Source: Octopus bimaculoides (Eukaryota). Taken from it: a stretch of 64,000 nt of DNA. How positions within the stretch are numbered: the first letter of the stretch is position 1; each line of letters opens with the position of its first letter. Made by a program: the position numbers and the translations under genes. Shown here in pieces: positions 11,983 to 26,134 of the stretch. The stretch covers positions 96,410,715 through 96,474,714 of the forward strand of contig NC_068987.1 in NCBI RefSeq assembly GCF_001194135.2. The letters are read 5' to 3'. The notes under the pieces were generated by a model, which had not been told where the DNA came from, ran no database searches, and saw nothing but the letters and a program-made list of their open reading frames with translations.

Positions 11983-12834
11983 NNNNNNNNNNNNNNNNNN
12001 NNNNNNNNNNNNNNNNNNNNNNNNNNNNNNNNNNNNNNNNNNNNNNNNNNNNNNNNNNNNNNNNNNNNNNNNNNNNNNNNNNNNNNNNNNNNNNNNNNNN
12101 NNNNNNNNNNNNNNNNNNNNNNNNNNNNNNNNNNNNNNNNNNNNNNNNNNNNNNNNNNNNNNNNNNNNNNNNNNNNNNNNNNNNNNNNNNNNNNNNNNNN
12201 NNNNNNNNNNNNNNNNNNNNNNNNNNNNNNNNNNNNNNNNNNNNNNNNNNNNNNNNNNNNNNNNNNNNNNNNNNNNNNNNNNNNNNNNNNNNNNNNNNNN
12301 NNNNNNNNNNNNNNNNNNNNNNNNNNNNNNNNNNNNNNNNNNNNNNNNNNNNNNNNNNNNNNNNNNNNNNNNNNNNNNNNNNNNNNNNNNNNNNNNNNNN
12401 NNNNNNNNNNNNNNNNNNNNNNNNNNNNNNNNNNNNNNNNNNNNNNNNNNNNNNNNNNNNNNNNNNNNNNNNNNNNNNNNNNNNNNNNNNNNNNNNNNNN
12501 NNNNNNNNNNNNNNNNNNNNNNNNNNNNNNNNNNNNNNNNNNNNNNNNNNNNNNNNNNNNNNNNNNNNNNNNNNNNNNNNNNNNNNNNNNNNNNNNNNNN
12601 NNNNNNNNNNNNNNNNNNNNNNNNNNNNNNNNNNNNNNNNNNNNNNNNNNNNNNNNNNNNNNNNNNNNNNNNNNNNNNNNNNNNNNNNNNNNNNNNNNNN
12701 NNNNNNNNNNNNNNNNNNNNNNNNNNNNNNNNNNNNNNNNNNNNNNNNNNNNNNNNNNNNNNNNNNNNNNNNNNNNNNNNNNNNNNNNNNNNNNNNNNNN
12801 NNNNNNNNNNNNNNNNNNNNNNNNNNNNNNNNNN
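11983..12834. other. Largest assembly gap (N run). Other gaps at about 1059, 5555, 9899, 16144, 36181, 43145, 50037, 53495, 60555 and 61344
   Basis: N characters. Most gaps abut (TA)n or young RTE tails. Confidence 0.99.
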
Positions 12835-12853
12835 TTGATATCTGAGTACCTTA

Positions 12854-12896
<43 letters not shown>

Positions 12897-13054
12897 TGAT
12901 GGGCTTCTTTCCGTCTCCATCTACTAAATCCACTCTCAAGGCTTTGGTTAGCCCGAGGCTATAGTAAAAGACACTTGTCCAAGGTCCCACACAGTAGGAC
13001 TGAACCTGGAACCATGTGGTTGGGAAGGAAGCTTCTTACCACACAGCTACTCCT
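12897..13054 (-). mobile_element. SINE family A head and body
   Basis: Same head/CORE-like block as 2060-2222. Runs into (TA)n and an N gap. Confidence 0.8.
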
Positions 13055-13311
13055 ATATATACACATTCATACTTATGTTAATGACCTCAGTATATTACTG
13101 GTACATGTTTCATCCACCTAGTTGACTCGATTTTGATTTGAGTTCAGGAAAATGAGTTACAGAGCTAAAAGTAAATGCATCAAACCATTTAGTTTTGGCA
13201 ACCTACTGAAATAAAGAAAAAAATTAGCAGACAAAATAGTTGAAAACCTGCAAGTTGAAGTCATAAAGCAGAGATCTGAATTGATAAGAGAAATATGTAC
13301 AGATTACTCAC

Positions 13312-13406
13312 TGGCTTAAATGTGTTCCAAGTTCTGCTAAAGTTACTTCTTGTTCTTCAACTGTCTGCTGAAGGTGTAAATGGGATCTCTCAAGGCAAGA
13401 ATATCC
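13312..13406 (-). CDS. RUFY2: RUFY-family coding exon, end of coiled coil
   Basis: gcacag|G acceptor, CA|gtgagt donor, 95 nt, phase 0-2. Encodes GYSCLERSHLHLQQTVEEQEVTLAELGTHLS(Q), similar to RUFY EQEQALQELGxxLSxS. Missed by the ORF track. Confidence 0.92.
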
Positions 13407-14099
13407 CTGTGCAGACAAAAACAAAAGAAAGAAAAAAAGTCGAGTCAGTAAGCCTCTATGCAAATGCTTGACATGCTAGAAATAGTAACCAAACCTAATG
13501 TTTCTCTAAAGGAAGGACACTTTGTAAAATATAACTTTACATGTTCTGCATCTGGGAAATAAAACAGGATGGTTATAGCAGAAACGCTTTTAATCAGAGG
13601 ATTGCTTAATCAAATGTGACCTAGGGCTAAATGACAGCATCAGTCAAGCCTTGTCATTGGTGCTTGGTCAGCTAGAAATGGCAGTTAAATCTTAATCAAA
13701 TAACACCTTACAATAGTAATTCTCAATCTGACCAGCTCATGTTTATGTTCACCTCACTCTCCTCCCACACTCTTATAACCTTATCCACCACCCTTCCTGA
13801 TTCATCTGTATCCACACTCTTCTACACATCTCTTAGACATGCTGCTAAGAAGGCATGCTCTGGTATCGCATCATCACTGTATTTACCTTTGTTTAGATTC
13901 CACCAATCTTCCCCTATCCACCCATGTAAAATGCAAGGTAGCCATGAATCTTCTCCACAAAGAGTAAACCAGTCCCTGCTTCCCCATCATATTTTAATCC
14001 TCAATACCTGTTAATGCTTTAGCATTTAAACCAGCTATGTCTCGTCCAAATATTCTACCTATTCAAAACCAGCCAGATCCAGCCCCTTACAGTTATCTT

Positions 14100-14470
14100 A
14101 CAATATCATCATCATCATTGTTTAATGTCTGCTTTCCATGCTGGCATGGGTTGGACAGTTTGACTGAGGACTGGCAAGCCAGGAGGCTGCACCAGGAGGC
14201 TGCACCAGGCTCCATCTGATCTGGCAAGGTTTCTACAGCTGGATACCCTTCCTAATGCCAACCACTCTGAGAGTGTAGTGGGTGCTTTTTACATGCCACT
14301 GGCACTGGAGCCAGTCAGGTGGCACTGGCATGGGTTGAACAGTTTATCAAAGAACTAGCAAACTGGAGAGCAGCACCAAGTTCCAGTCTGATTTGGTTTG
14401 GTTTCTATGGCTGGATGCTGTTCCTAACACCAACCACTCCATAGATTGGACTAGGTGCTTTTAATGTGGC
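14100..14470 (-). mobile_element. Two adjacent RTE 3'-end copies
   Basis: ccatgctggcatgggttggacag, and ctggat.c..ttcctaa..ccaaccactc twice, with a 13-bp internal direct duplication ggctgcaccagga. Confidence 0.8.
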
Positions 14471-14778
14471 ACTGGCATGTGTGTGTATATCTTATTTCTT
14501 TATTGCCTACAAAGGGCTAAACATAGAGGGGACAAACAAGAACAGACAAATGGATTAAGTTGATTACATCGACCCCAGTGCATAACAATTTGCTTTACAA
14601 TTTGCAAACACCTTTGCTTGAGTAAAGTGGTTTCTCTGTATTTATTTCCTATTGGAGCCCTTTATAGACAAAAGAAATAAGTAAAATAGGAAAGCAAAAG
14701 GAGAGAGAAGATAAAGTCAAAAGAAGACCCCTCCACCACACCTCTCTCACCAAGAAAAGAGGAAGAATATGGAGCAGA

Positions 14779-15000
14779 TCATCATCATCATCCACTTTTC
14801 TATGCTTGCATGGGTCAGATTGATTTTATTGGAGTAGATTTTCTCAGATATTCTTCCTATCACCAATCCTTACTTTTTCTAAGCAAGGTAATATTTCTCC
14901 ATGACATTGCTTGTACAGCAGTGATGTGACAATAATTATATAACCTGTTGTGTGATGTCAAAACAACACACACACACACACACACACATGTATGTATGTA

Positions 15001-15047
<47 letters not shown>

Positions 15048-15510
15048 ACACATTGTACAATATGTGTACATGTGTATGCATGCATATATGTATGTGTGGG
15101 GACATGGAAATACTTGGGTTGGTGTACAGGTGTGTGGTTGGCCCAATGGGAGTAGAAGGCCCCACTGTTGTTGTTATCCCACTGTTGTTGTTACTCCATT
15201 GTTGTTGTTACCCCACTGCTGATGCACAGGCATCATTTGAAAAAAAAAAAGACCTATCTCAAAAATGGCTGGTCGTAGCCTTCACATATGTGAGACTTTC
15301 AATCAGGTGACGGCAATACTCAAACATGAACTTGCAGTCATCAAATATGTATGTATACACAATGGGCTCCTCTCATTTTCATCGCCAAATCTTTTCACAA
15401 AGCTTTGGTTGGCCTGGGGTTATTGTAGAAGACACTTGCCCAAGGTAACATGCAGTGCAACTGAACCTAGAACCATCTGGTTAGGAAGCAAACTTCTTAC
15501 CACAGAGCCA
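14779..15510 (-). mobile_element. SINE family A head joined to an RTE-type tail
   Basis: Head 15345-15510, expanded (CA/TG)n middle, tail ending catcatccacttttctatgcttgcatggg on +. Confidence 0.65.
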
Positions 15511-15997
15511 AGTCAAATGAAGAGTAGGAAGAAGAAAAAGACAAGCTAATAATGGACAGAAGATGGGGATACAATGTAACAATAGGAATTGAACATTAAT
15601 CCTATTAACTCGACCTCCATCTTGAATTCAGATGAGCTAAAAAATAACAAAAAACAACCCTTTTCTCAGTTTCTTCTGTCTAACAAATAGAAACAAAATT
15701 CCTAGATTACAAACAATAAATTGTTGCTATTATGTTAAACTGTTGTATGTCCAAATGTGTTTTTTTTTTCAATATTTATTTTTGCTTGCAATAGCCGGTT
15801 CTTTTGGTCAAACTGTCGTATCTCCAGCTGCTTCAGATGTCAAGATATCAAAAATTGTCAAAGTGAAGTACAACAGTTTTGCTATGGAATGGCAAAACTA
15901 TCTTTTCATTGTCTTAAAAAGCAACGTTTTGGACATACGACACTTTTGAATAATAGCAATGAAATAAAATGAAATAGAATGAAAATGTTTTTAATAC

Positions 15998-16127
15998 TTT
16001 TTGAATTTCTTTCATTTGCTGTAACTCCATCTGTACCAGTGTAACATTATGTCGTTCTTGCTCAAGCGTCTTCTGCAATGTTCCTCTCCATTCCCTCTCA
16101 ATTCGTAAGTCTGTTTCCAGCGCCGAC
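15998..16127 (-). CDS. RUFY2: RUFY-family coding exon, coiled coil
   Basis: tttgtag|G acceptor, AAA|gtatta donor, 130 nt. Encodes SALETDLRIEREWRGTLQKTLEQERHNVTLVQMELQQMKEIQK, matching the RUFY2-type LETDLKIEKEWRQTLQ motif. Confidence 0.93.
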
Positions 16128-16640
16128 CTACAAAAGAATAACCNNNNNNNNNNNNNNNNNNNNNNNNNNNNNNNNNNNNNNNNNNNNNNNNNNNNNNNNN
16201 NNNNNNNNNNNNNNNNNNNNNNNNNNNNNNNNNNNNNNNNNNNNAGGCATGGAGTTGACATTTGGAAGACAATAGTAAAATGGTAATGATAATAATAATG
16301 ATGATGATAAAAAGATAGTCATGTTGTGATGATGGTGGATTTTCTAAGAGCATTCATCAAAAATGAAATGAGATAACATTTAACTGGGTTTTTTTTGTTT
16401 TCCATCAGAGCAGTTCAGTCAGACTGCTGAGGTTTTGCTTGGTTGTATGGCAATAAATACAATACAGATTACCAAACCTTAACTGGATTTGAACTTATGC
16501 CCTTTGTTTTGCATTAAACAATAAATAATTACTTTTACCTCAAAGGAAAAAAAAAAGGAACTCTTCTTATAGTCTGAAAGAAGGGAGAGCGGGTAAAAAT
16601 TATGATGACAGTTGAATGATAAAAAGAATAAAAATGAAGT

Positions 16641-17806
16641 TATTAAGGTTGTATCAAAAGTAATGCAAAAGTGGGCATAACTTTTTTATTAACTAACACA
16701 GATCATTCATATTACACATGTTGATAGAATAACTCGTTCCTCTATCAGAATTCTTATTTCCGTTTTTCTTCATTGCAGGCAAATAATGGTTTCCAAGCAG
16801 AAGCAACATACCTTTCATTGTGTTCTTGGTAAATGGGAGAGGAACAGGGGCAGATTGTTGAACTCGCATGAAAGGTTAACGGTTGTTCACGCAGATGACA
16901 CCATTGACAAGAGCAATGTGTACAAATAGATGAAGATGTTTATAGAAGGGGAAACCAACAATGAAGACAAACCACACAGTGGGAGACCATCTACTGCAAC
17001 TGCTGATACAAACCACCAATGAGTGGACAAACTGATTTGCAGAGAAAGATGAGTCACAACCTGTGAGCTTGCTGCACAACTGGTCTGTGATCACAATGCA
17101 TTACAGATGATGATGGAAAACTTAAGGCATCAGAAAATGTGTGTAAAGTGGGTATCTCGGCAGATGATACTGATTTGAAGGAGAGAAGTGTAGAAGTCTC
17201 TTCTGATCTACTGGAAATATTTGAAGGACATGTTTTCTTTATATTTTATCTGATCTGGTGACAGGAGATTAAACTTTATGATCTGGAAATAAAAACATGG
17301 TCCTTGGAATAGCACCATACCTTCAAGGTCTCAGAGGGTCAAAAGCCAATTGTCAGTATGAAAAGTGATGGTATCAGTTTTTTTTTGTGGTGGGGATAAC
17401 AAAGGTATCATTCTCTTTGATTTTTGGAAATGAACAGTGATATACAGAGATATTCAGAGACTTATAAGAATCTGAAAACAATTCACATTCACTATCTTTA
17501 ACATCAAATCAGGTAACTGGCAAATTGAGCTGGTCAGTCATCTCCCATATATGTATAGCTTGTATCTGGAGCCAATTAATTCTCACCTGTTCAGGAACAA
17601 TAATTTGATGGCACAGAAGAGGTGAAAGTAGCTATGAAGAAGTGGATACAACAGTGCAAATGCATTGCTTCTGACAGAGACAATGCAGAGTAGTGCCTTT
17701 GTAGGGAGGAAGACTTGCTCTGCTAACCTGCACAACATGAATGGCCAAACATAAGTTAATAAAAAGTTACGCTCTCTTTTGCATTACTTTTGGGTTCAAC
17801 CGTTGT
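16641..17806 (+). mobile_element. mariner-family DNA transposon relic
   Basis: About 50-bp imperfect TIRs sharing caaaagtaatgcaaaag, with TA ends. Relic translation EDKPHSGRPSTAT..KMCVKWVSRQM (WVPRxL motif), KVMxxxFW-like and YSPDL-like segments, EEVKVAMKKWI. Many stops. Confidence 0.82.
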
Positions 17807-19163
17807 ATATGAAATAAAATAGCTATAGATGAGAAATGAAACCGAGTCACAGATTTTCCTCCACTAGCAAGTAGCCAATCATTCTACAGTTATCGCTAAA
17901 CAAAACTGGAAACTATACAGGAGGATTCTTTCAGTCAAAATTCTTGTTTTTCAAGCTCTGCTGAGCAATGATTAGCTGAGCTTCAAATGAAGTGTAGACA
18001 CATACTCATGACCGAATTACCAAGTTGCTTGCTATTCAAGTTGATCCATTGATTCTTAGTGATAATTGCAATATCATTCACAGGATAATATCAACAACGA
18101 TATCATTGTGATTGTGTCAATTGGTTTTAAAATGCATCATTAGAAAATAATAATAATATTTATATATATATATATGCGTATAGATATATGCATGTATGTG
18201 TGCATGATTATATGAATATAATATCAATGTGTGTGAGTGCGTGGATTATACGTTTGCATGTATAAGCATGCTCGCATTCACATTCGTACTTAGGAGTTGT
18301 GCCTGTGCATATTTCTATGAATATATATCTATAGAGTCTGAATTAAATGTAAATACACATACACACACATACTACTATATATGTATAATTTGTGTGAATA
18401 TATGAATAATATTTCAGCTGGTTACAATAATGTTCCATCTCAGGCCTACATCTTACCCTCTCCATAATTCTCGCCCCCAGCATCAAACTGTGTATATCTG
18501 GTTTAGAAAGTTCTCAACAGATGGCAAAACAAAACTATAAGAATTACAACAATGAATTTATACATACATGTGTTATGTAAATGAGAAAGAAAGAGGGGAG
18601 ATAGACAAAAGGAGAGAAAGAGCAGGTAGTATGGATGTGCAAAACAGTATGTGAAATGAATGTCCTTATGTATGAATGTAAAGATACATACATTTATGTT
18701 GATGTGTGTATATGCTTTTGCATCTATACGAACATATTTATACACCTATATATGAGACAATTTTCTTTACCTACAAATTCTTAGAGAAATAATAAACATA
18801 CATACATACATATACATATGGACATGTGCACACTAACGTTGCTGTGCTTATTAACAAGCATAAACATATAGGAGGCCATGTAAGTCAGTGTGTGTGTGAA
18901 AAGAAGAAAGAGAGAAATAGGAAAAAGTTTCAAAAGATTGGACAATTATAGGTTAAATGACCCACACAATGAATAATTATAGAAGGATCAGACTCTCACA
19001 ATGCGTAATTATTGAGTGAGCTGACCGATGCAATTTCCATTACTGGAGTTGCTGGTCGACATAATGAGAGGGCCAACACAGTATACAATGGGCTTCTGTA
19101 TAATACTGGGGATACAAAAGGTGTGACTAGCTTGTGATGGCAGAGATCAATTCAAATGTTCTC

Positions 19164-19800
19164 ACTTCCAACTCTATGAAACTACCATTGCCATGAGCCA
19201 ATGAGGAAATCTCTAGATGGCTGCTCAATGTACAAGAAATAGCAGCTAAATCTCTCTCAAATCACAGTATACCTTCTTTGATAAGTCAAGGAGGTTATTA
19301 CTTCCAGTTCTATGAAATCAAGCCAATGAGGAAGTTTCTACATGGCTGCCCAAGGTGCTAGAAACAGCAACTAAACTTCTTTCAAATCACAGCATATTTT
19401 TTTTTTGATAAGTAAAGGAAGTTCTTACTTCCAACTCTACAATACCACCATTGCCATAAGCCAAAGAGAAAGTATCTACATGGCTGCCCAAGGTGCTAGA
19501 AATAGCAGCTAAATCTCTCTCAAATCACAGCATACCTTCTTTGATAAGTAAAGGAGGTCATTATTTCCAATTCCACGAAACCATCATTATCATGAGCCAA
19601 TGAAGAAGTCTCTACATGGCTGTCCAATGTGCCAGAAATAGCAGCTAAATATCTCACACATCACAGCCTACTTTCCTTGATAATTAAAGGATGCAGCAGA
19701 TAATGTAGGTAGAACTACATACCTTTTAAAAGACAAGATGGAGGTCATGGTTAGAGTGCCTTGGAACATAGGCCAATTTAATAATCAAGGGTGATTTACA
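19164..19800 (+). repeat. Four-unit tandem array (periods 136, 127, 136 bp) built on the 5' part of dispersed family D
   Basis: Units start at 19164, 19300, 19427 and 19563. Shared ctacatggctg.ccaa.gtgctagaaatagcagctaaat.tctctcaaatcacagc. The last unit continues into the family-D 3' part. Confidence 0.85.
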
Positions 19801-20642
19801 ATCTCCTACACTGTTTCTATCCACCAGAAAAGCAGCTCCATCATCATCATAACATCACCATCAGCAACAACACTGCCACCTCATTAAGACAAAGCCATCA
19901 ACATGATCCAGTATTATGAACATCACTTTCCAAGCATCACTTACACTAACAACATCATCGTCACTACTACCAGAAACACCACCACTACAACTAACATTGC
20001 TACTACTACCACAGTACCTCTATTACCAACACTACAACCACCATCACTATCAACATCACTATGGCCCAAACCACCACTAGTAGCACCGTATCACTACTAT
20101 TAATACTACTACTACCACCACTACAGCACAACTGCTGCAAACATTACCACCACTTTACTAACAATAATAAAAATGGGAGAACAAAGAAGCCTCAATGTGG
20201 TAGTTCAACTTGCAAGAAATAACACTGAAATTCCCTCAAATCACACTAGCCTCAGGTCAGATTTGACTGGTATGCTCAGTCAAATCTGACAGGGGTTAAC
20301 CTTCTAGCATTTGAACAGGCCATATCCGAACCAAATAGTCTACCTATTTGCTGTTCAAACTAACCAGATCCAGCCTCTTACACCTATTCTATGATGTCGT
20401 TCTAAAAAATTATTATCACAGCATTGAAATTTTAAAACCACAAGATAATGCATGATTAATTTGAAACAAATCAAATAAATAAGCATTACATTCTACAAAA
20501 TAATCTGAATGCCAAAGAGTTAAACTACAACAAAAAGTAACAAATCAATCAACGAGCCAACAAAAGAGCCACTACATAGTTACTAGATCTGTTAGAAATG
20601 GCAACTAAATCTCCCTCAGCTTAAAAAAAGGACAATTTAGAT

Positions 20643-20897
20643 CAGTAATTCTCATCCAGGATTCACATGACCCTTGGGGATCAATATAAGATTTAGTTGT
20701 TAAAATTTATGAGCAATAAATTAGCTATACTTCTACAATACACAAAATATTTTTACAATTTATTTATATAATTCCTAATAATATTTAGTTATAAAATGTT
20801 ATAGGATATTTTAAAATATTGTGTGGGTATGAAGGTCCATTCGAAGAAAAGAGGAATCAAAAGGGGTCCATAGGAAAAGAATGGTTCAGAACCACTG
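20643..20897. mobile_element. hAT (Charlie-like) MITE nested in a family-D repeat
   Basis: TIRs cagtaattctcatcc / ggttcagaaccactg. TSD atttagat / atttggat (7/8). Confidence 0.72.
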
Positions 20898-22439
20898 ATT
20901 TGGATAATGATGTTTAGGGTACACTGTTGCTAAAAAAGGGTGGGGTGATCACAGCTGGATTGCTTTTAACCATAGGCCTGCTTCATAAGTGCCAACACAA
21001 ACATCACTACAATTACTAACAGACACTGTCTACTGTTCTACCAACAAGGGTGGGGGAAGCATGGCCACTGAACTTGTTAGAAATAACTAAATTTTCCTTC
21101 ATATATCTACCTAATGTCTTTAAAAAAAAATGGGGAAGAATGTTATTCTTGATGCACTCTTCCAGAAAAAAGATAGGAGGGCATGGCTGAAATGCTTTGA
21201 TCATAGTTCTGCTTGATTATGGTTGACCTGGGTTAAACAACAAAATAATCTCTACACCCCCACTGCCCTGCCACTTTCACAAACAAAAACAATAACAACT
21301 CTGCCAAAATCACCACCACCACCACCACCACAAACAACACTTCTTGTAACAGAAAATCTGTCTAAGTGATTGGTTTAGATGGAATTAATTAAGGAAGATT
21401 TTGGTTGAATGGACATGAACAAAAGAGCAATTGTGGTGTGGACAGTGGTGATAGTAGCAGAGATGGGTGGGGAGTTCACTGATTGTCCCCCTTCTCTGAG
21501 CAAACTCTCCTGACAATAGAAAACAAATTTGTCAAACATCTATCCAATCTATCTTTCCATTTGTCTGTTTGGTCAAAGAACGCAATATCACCCACGCCCA
21601 CACTCTCTGTTCCACCACCACCAAACAAACGTCCACTATACACCACCACAGCTACTGTTTTCATTACACCATCACGAACACCTCAACTGCCTGCCATATC
21701 CACATCCATGTTTATACTCCCACACACACACACCTTACCATCATTTTAATCATCCTTATAATCATCATCATCATCATCATCATTACCAACAACAACAACA
21801 ACATCAGTAGAGTGCAGATACAATCACCACTATCACTGCCACCATAACTGTAATTTCTTATAACTCCCACCACCGCCACCACCACCACCACCACCGCCTT
21901 GCGTACCACACTACTACAACTGTCAGTCACCTTTTCCTCCTCCAACTACTACCACCACTGCTGCCAATGCACTATCACTACACTTATTCTCCTCCCCCCT
22001 ACAATTACTAGCACCATCACTTATGGGCCTTTAAGTGGTTGCTGCACTAACTAGAAACAGCAGCCAAGTCTCCCTCTGATCACAAACAGTTAATGTAGAA
22101 AGGGCACAATAGATTAATGTAATGTAGTCCTAGACATACTGTATATGAAAATAAAATGGGATTGTCATGGCTGGAGTGCCACTGACCACAGATTGACCAG
22201 GGCAGACTCAGGGTTAAACAACAACCACCAATGCAGTCACAACACTATACTACAATGAACCAGCATCACTCCCACAACTGTTACTTCTTCCATCTCCTCC
22301 TACCACCGCCACCATCATCATCATCATTAGCATCAACACTCCACTACTTCCTAAGTCAACACTGTGCAGGCAATCAAGTCTCAGAACAAAGAAACTTGAT
22401 TCTCTTGACCAAATCTCATTGTCAGTTCTTACCTTTGAT

Positions 22440-22545
<106 letters not shown>

Positions 22546-22974
22546 GGAGGTTGTAGTAAAGGAAAAGACAGGATAACAGAGAGTGGGAGGGGCTGGGGTC
22601 GAAAAAAGTTTATGTTGCTAATAAATGACACAGCTAACAAAAACGCTAATTAAAAATGTAAGATTAATGAGAACACGAGAGCAAGATGTTGATAAATTTT
22701 GTTCAGGCTGATCGAATCTTCGAGATTCTTTTGCTAGTTTCAGTTATTAAACTGTGGCTAAACTGGAGCACCATCTTCAAGGGTTTTGGTTGATTATATA
22801 AAGCCCAGTACTTTGGTACTTATTTCATCATTCCCGTAGGATACAAAATGCAAAAAGGGACGTTGATGTAAAGGGAGATAACTCAGTAGGAGATTAATGC
22901 AGCACGATAATGTTGAGTCTCGCAGACAAAATGATTCTAAATTCAGGTAACAATTACTGTAATAACAGAGCATT

Positions 22975-23178
22975 TTGTCCGGCGATAGCACGCGGCACAA
23001 AATGTTTAGCGGCATTTCTTCCAGCTATACGTTCTGAGTTCAAATTCAGTCGAGGTTGACTTTGTCTATCATCTTTCCAGGGTTAATAATATAAGTTACC
23101 AGTTGAGCACTGGAGTCGATGTCGACTAGCTCCCTTCCCCGAAATTCCAAGTCTTGTGCCTATAGTAGAAAGGATTGT
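22975..23178 (+). mobile_element. SINE family B
   Basis: gagttcaaattcagtcgaggttgactttg..ccagttgagcactggagtcgatg..gtgcctatagtagaaaggatt. Confidence 0.75.
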
Positions 23179-24204
23179 AGTAACAAAAAAAAAAAAAAAG
23201 AAAAGAAAAAATAAACAAACAAAAACAACAAAAAACCCCAATAATGGTGGTATATTTTAATGAGTGTTTGTTTTTGTTGTCATGGTAGTGGTTTTTGCCA
23301 CAGCTACTGTCTTCTGGAACAGCAGTTAGTGCCACTATCATCATCATCACCACTACCACCAAAGAACAAAGGGAGCACATCAAACCAATGGTTTCCAGAT
23401 GGTGTCTCATGGCACAGATTTTTGCTGTGAATTGTTTAATACTACCATCATTCCCTACATCTAACATAACCGTCCACCAAAAAATTTAATGTCACAGATC
23501 TTGTCTAGTTTTGCTTGCTTGATCGAACCACCGCTCTGCTGTTACAGAAAATATTAAAACTCATATATTATCAATAAAAAGAAAATTATTTTGTTTTTGT
23601 TGAAATGTTGCATTTTTAGCAAGTTATATCAAAAACATCGAAGCTATTACCATCTTGTATTTTTTATTTCTATGATGGTTGGATGTTTGATAAAAATTTG
23701 GTTGCTATATCTCACAAATTGAGCAGACACAAAAATGTTGGCTAGTCTTTCAATCAAGAAGGCAACTTCTTCCTCTTAACATTTCATATAACCCATGGAT
23801 TTCCCAGCATATATGCTGAATACATATATACTTCCAACTAAAGCATGAACTCACAGGTTGTAGCAGTAAACTGCACTATCTCATATTGTCTATTACCATC
23901 AGCTGGATGGGCTGAATCACTGAAAGACGTGCATCTATGCTAAGGACATACTGTTGCATGGACAAAAGGATAGAAACTATCATTCTATCAGCAAAATGGC
24001 CAACAACATACTAATTCAGTCATGGTCAACTGCAACTCCCTCTAAATTATACCCCATCCTCCATATCATTCTATAACCAGGGAACTGCCAATGGTGTGCT
24101 CCAGCAGAGTACATCAACAAACACACATTCGTAGCTCTGCTTTAGTTAACCTTACTGAAAAATAAAGAAAGCATTTACTTTTCATCTTATTTGTTTATTT
24201 TCTA

Positions 24205-24372
24205 AAGAACTATGCTCTCAGAGTGGTTGGCATTAAGAAGGGCATCCAGCCATAGAAACCATGCCAAATCAGACTGGAGTCTGGTGTAGCCTTCCAACTT
24301 GCCAGCTCTGGTCAAACTGTCCAACCCATGCCAGCATGGACAATGGATGCTAAATGATGATGTTGATGATGA
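24205..24372 (+). mobile_element. RTE 3' end
   Basis: gaagggcatccagc..ccaacccatgccagcatgg..(GAT)n. Confidence 0.8.
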
Positions 24373-25684
24373 CATGGAGGTATCAATATTTACAGAAATG
24401 TACAACCCATCTACACAGAAGAAGAAAGACAGTAACCTCTTGCTATATCGTGGTTCATCTATCATGGTTTATTATTTAAGCTTATGTCGATTCCTCTGTG
24501 ATGTTGCTTTGCATTTATAATAAAATAAATATATACAAATTATAAAAATAATAAAAAGAATATACAGAACAGTACTGTTTCTACTTTGCAGATTTTCACC
24601 TATAGTGGAGGGTTCTGGAATATAACACCCACGATAGTCAAGAGATTACTGTATTTTGAAAAGAAACAAATATGAATTATCAGAAATCAACTCAAGTGGG
24701 ATTTAAATTCACATTGTAAAAAGATGTAACTGAATACCCACAAGGCATTGAATCAATTGTATCACACTGCTATTCCTTAATACTGACAATAACAATCATC
24801 ACTATAATGGAGTTAAGAGCAATGCATGTATGTGTGGCCAAAGCTCCAACTCAGAAATGATTGGCTAACTCACACCACACTACTAGCCCCCTTTTTCCTA
24901 TCACATTTCCCACCAACTACTTCTCTTTCATTTGCAGTGGTCACTTCTTCATCTACTTCCTGTCTCCCATCTTTTAGCCTGTTCATTTCTTTTTCACTTC
25001 TATTGGCTGTTATGTTATCTACTATTCTGTTAAAGCACTTTTGTCAGATACCTTGGATTTTTTCACTCCTCCCCAAACCGCCTGACTTTTCCTATATCTC
25101 TAACAAGTCTAATGTGATTGATTAATGATATTTGTTTCATACTCATAAGCTCAAATCAAAAACAACTGAATCACTCTGATCACAAAAGTGTTAAATGGTA
25201 TTTGTATCCATGACAGCAACTTTATGCTATGAAATAGTGCGCCTAATGTTATAGCCCTCCTATGATTTAGTAAAACAGTCTACAATTATATCTGAACACA
25301 TCTCTGGATGATTGCAATACAAAGATCAAATTGATCAATCCTGTCTCATAAAGATAAATGGTTTAATTGATTATCCTTTAAGACTCAGTTAAAGACCCAA
25401 GATCTAACCAAATGTTAGTCAATAAGTGTTTGTGAAAAATTGTCTTTATTAGCATCAGAATTAAGTTAATTTGTGCTGCATTTCCAAACTAGTAGTAGCA
25501 GCCAATCTCACTCACAGTATACTATACTATCTTAGAAATGGAAGGATATATATACGGTAGTATAATTCTAGATGCAACATGCCTGAAAAAGTTGGGATGG
25601 TTATAGCTGGAACATTTTGTCCATAAGAGTACTTCATCAAGGCTGATCTGGGGTTCAACAAGTGTTTTTGCATGATGCTTAATC

Positions 25685-26106
25685 TCATCATCATCATCAT
25701 CATCATTGTTTTAGTGTCAACTTTTTTGTGCTTACACGAGCTACATGGAATTCAATGAAGCAGGTTTCTATGACTGGATGTTCATCCTTGTTTCTAAGCT
25801 AGGGAACATTTTCACATCACTAGACAAGTTTTCATGGAAGATTGGAAATAATAACACTGCTTCTGTGATGGTGACACTCATGTATATTGATCATGTGATA
25901 TCAAGACAAGAAAGCACATGTGTGCGCATGCATGCACACACACACACACACACACAACTGTGTATGATGGGCTTCTTTCAGTTTACAAGGCTTTGTGCTA
26001 TAGTAGGAGAGCTATAGTAGAAGACACTTACCTAAAGTGATGCACATTGGGACTGAATGTGAAATCACGTGGTTGGGAAGCAAACTTCTTAACCATACAG
26101 TCATGC
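25685..26106 (-). mobile_element. SINE family A head joined to an RTE-type tail
   Basis: Head 25965-26106, (CA)n joint, (CAT)n-ended tail at 25685. Confidence 0.7.
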
Positions 26107-26134
26107 ATTCACTTATACAACATTTGATAGGAAT

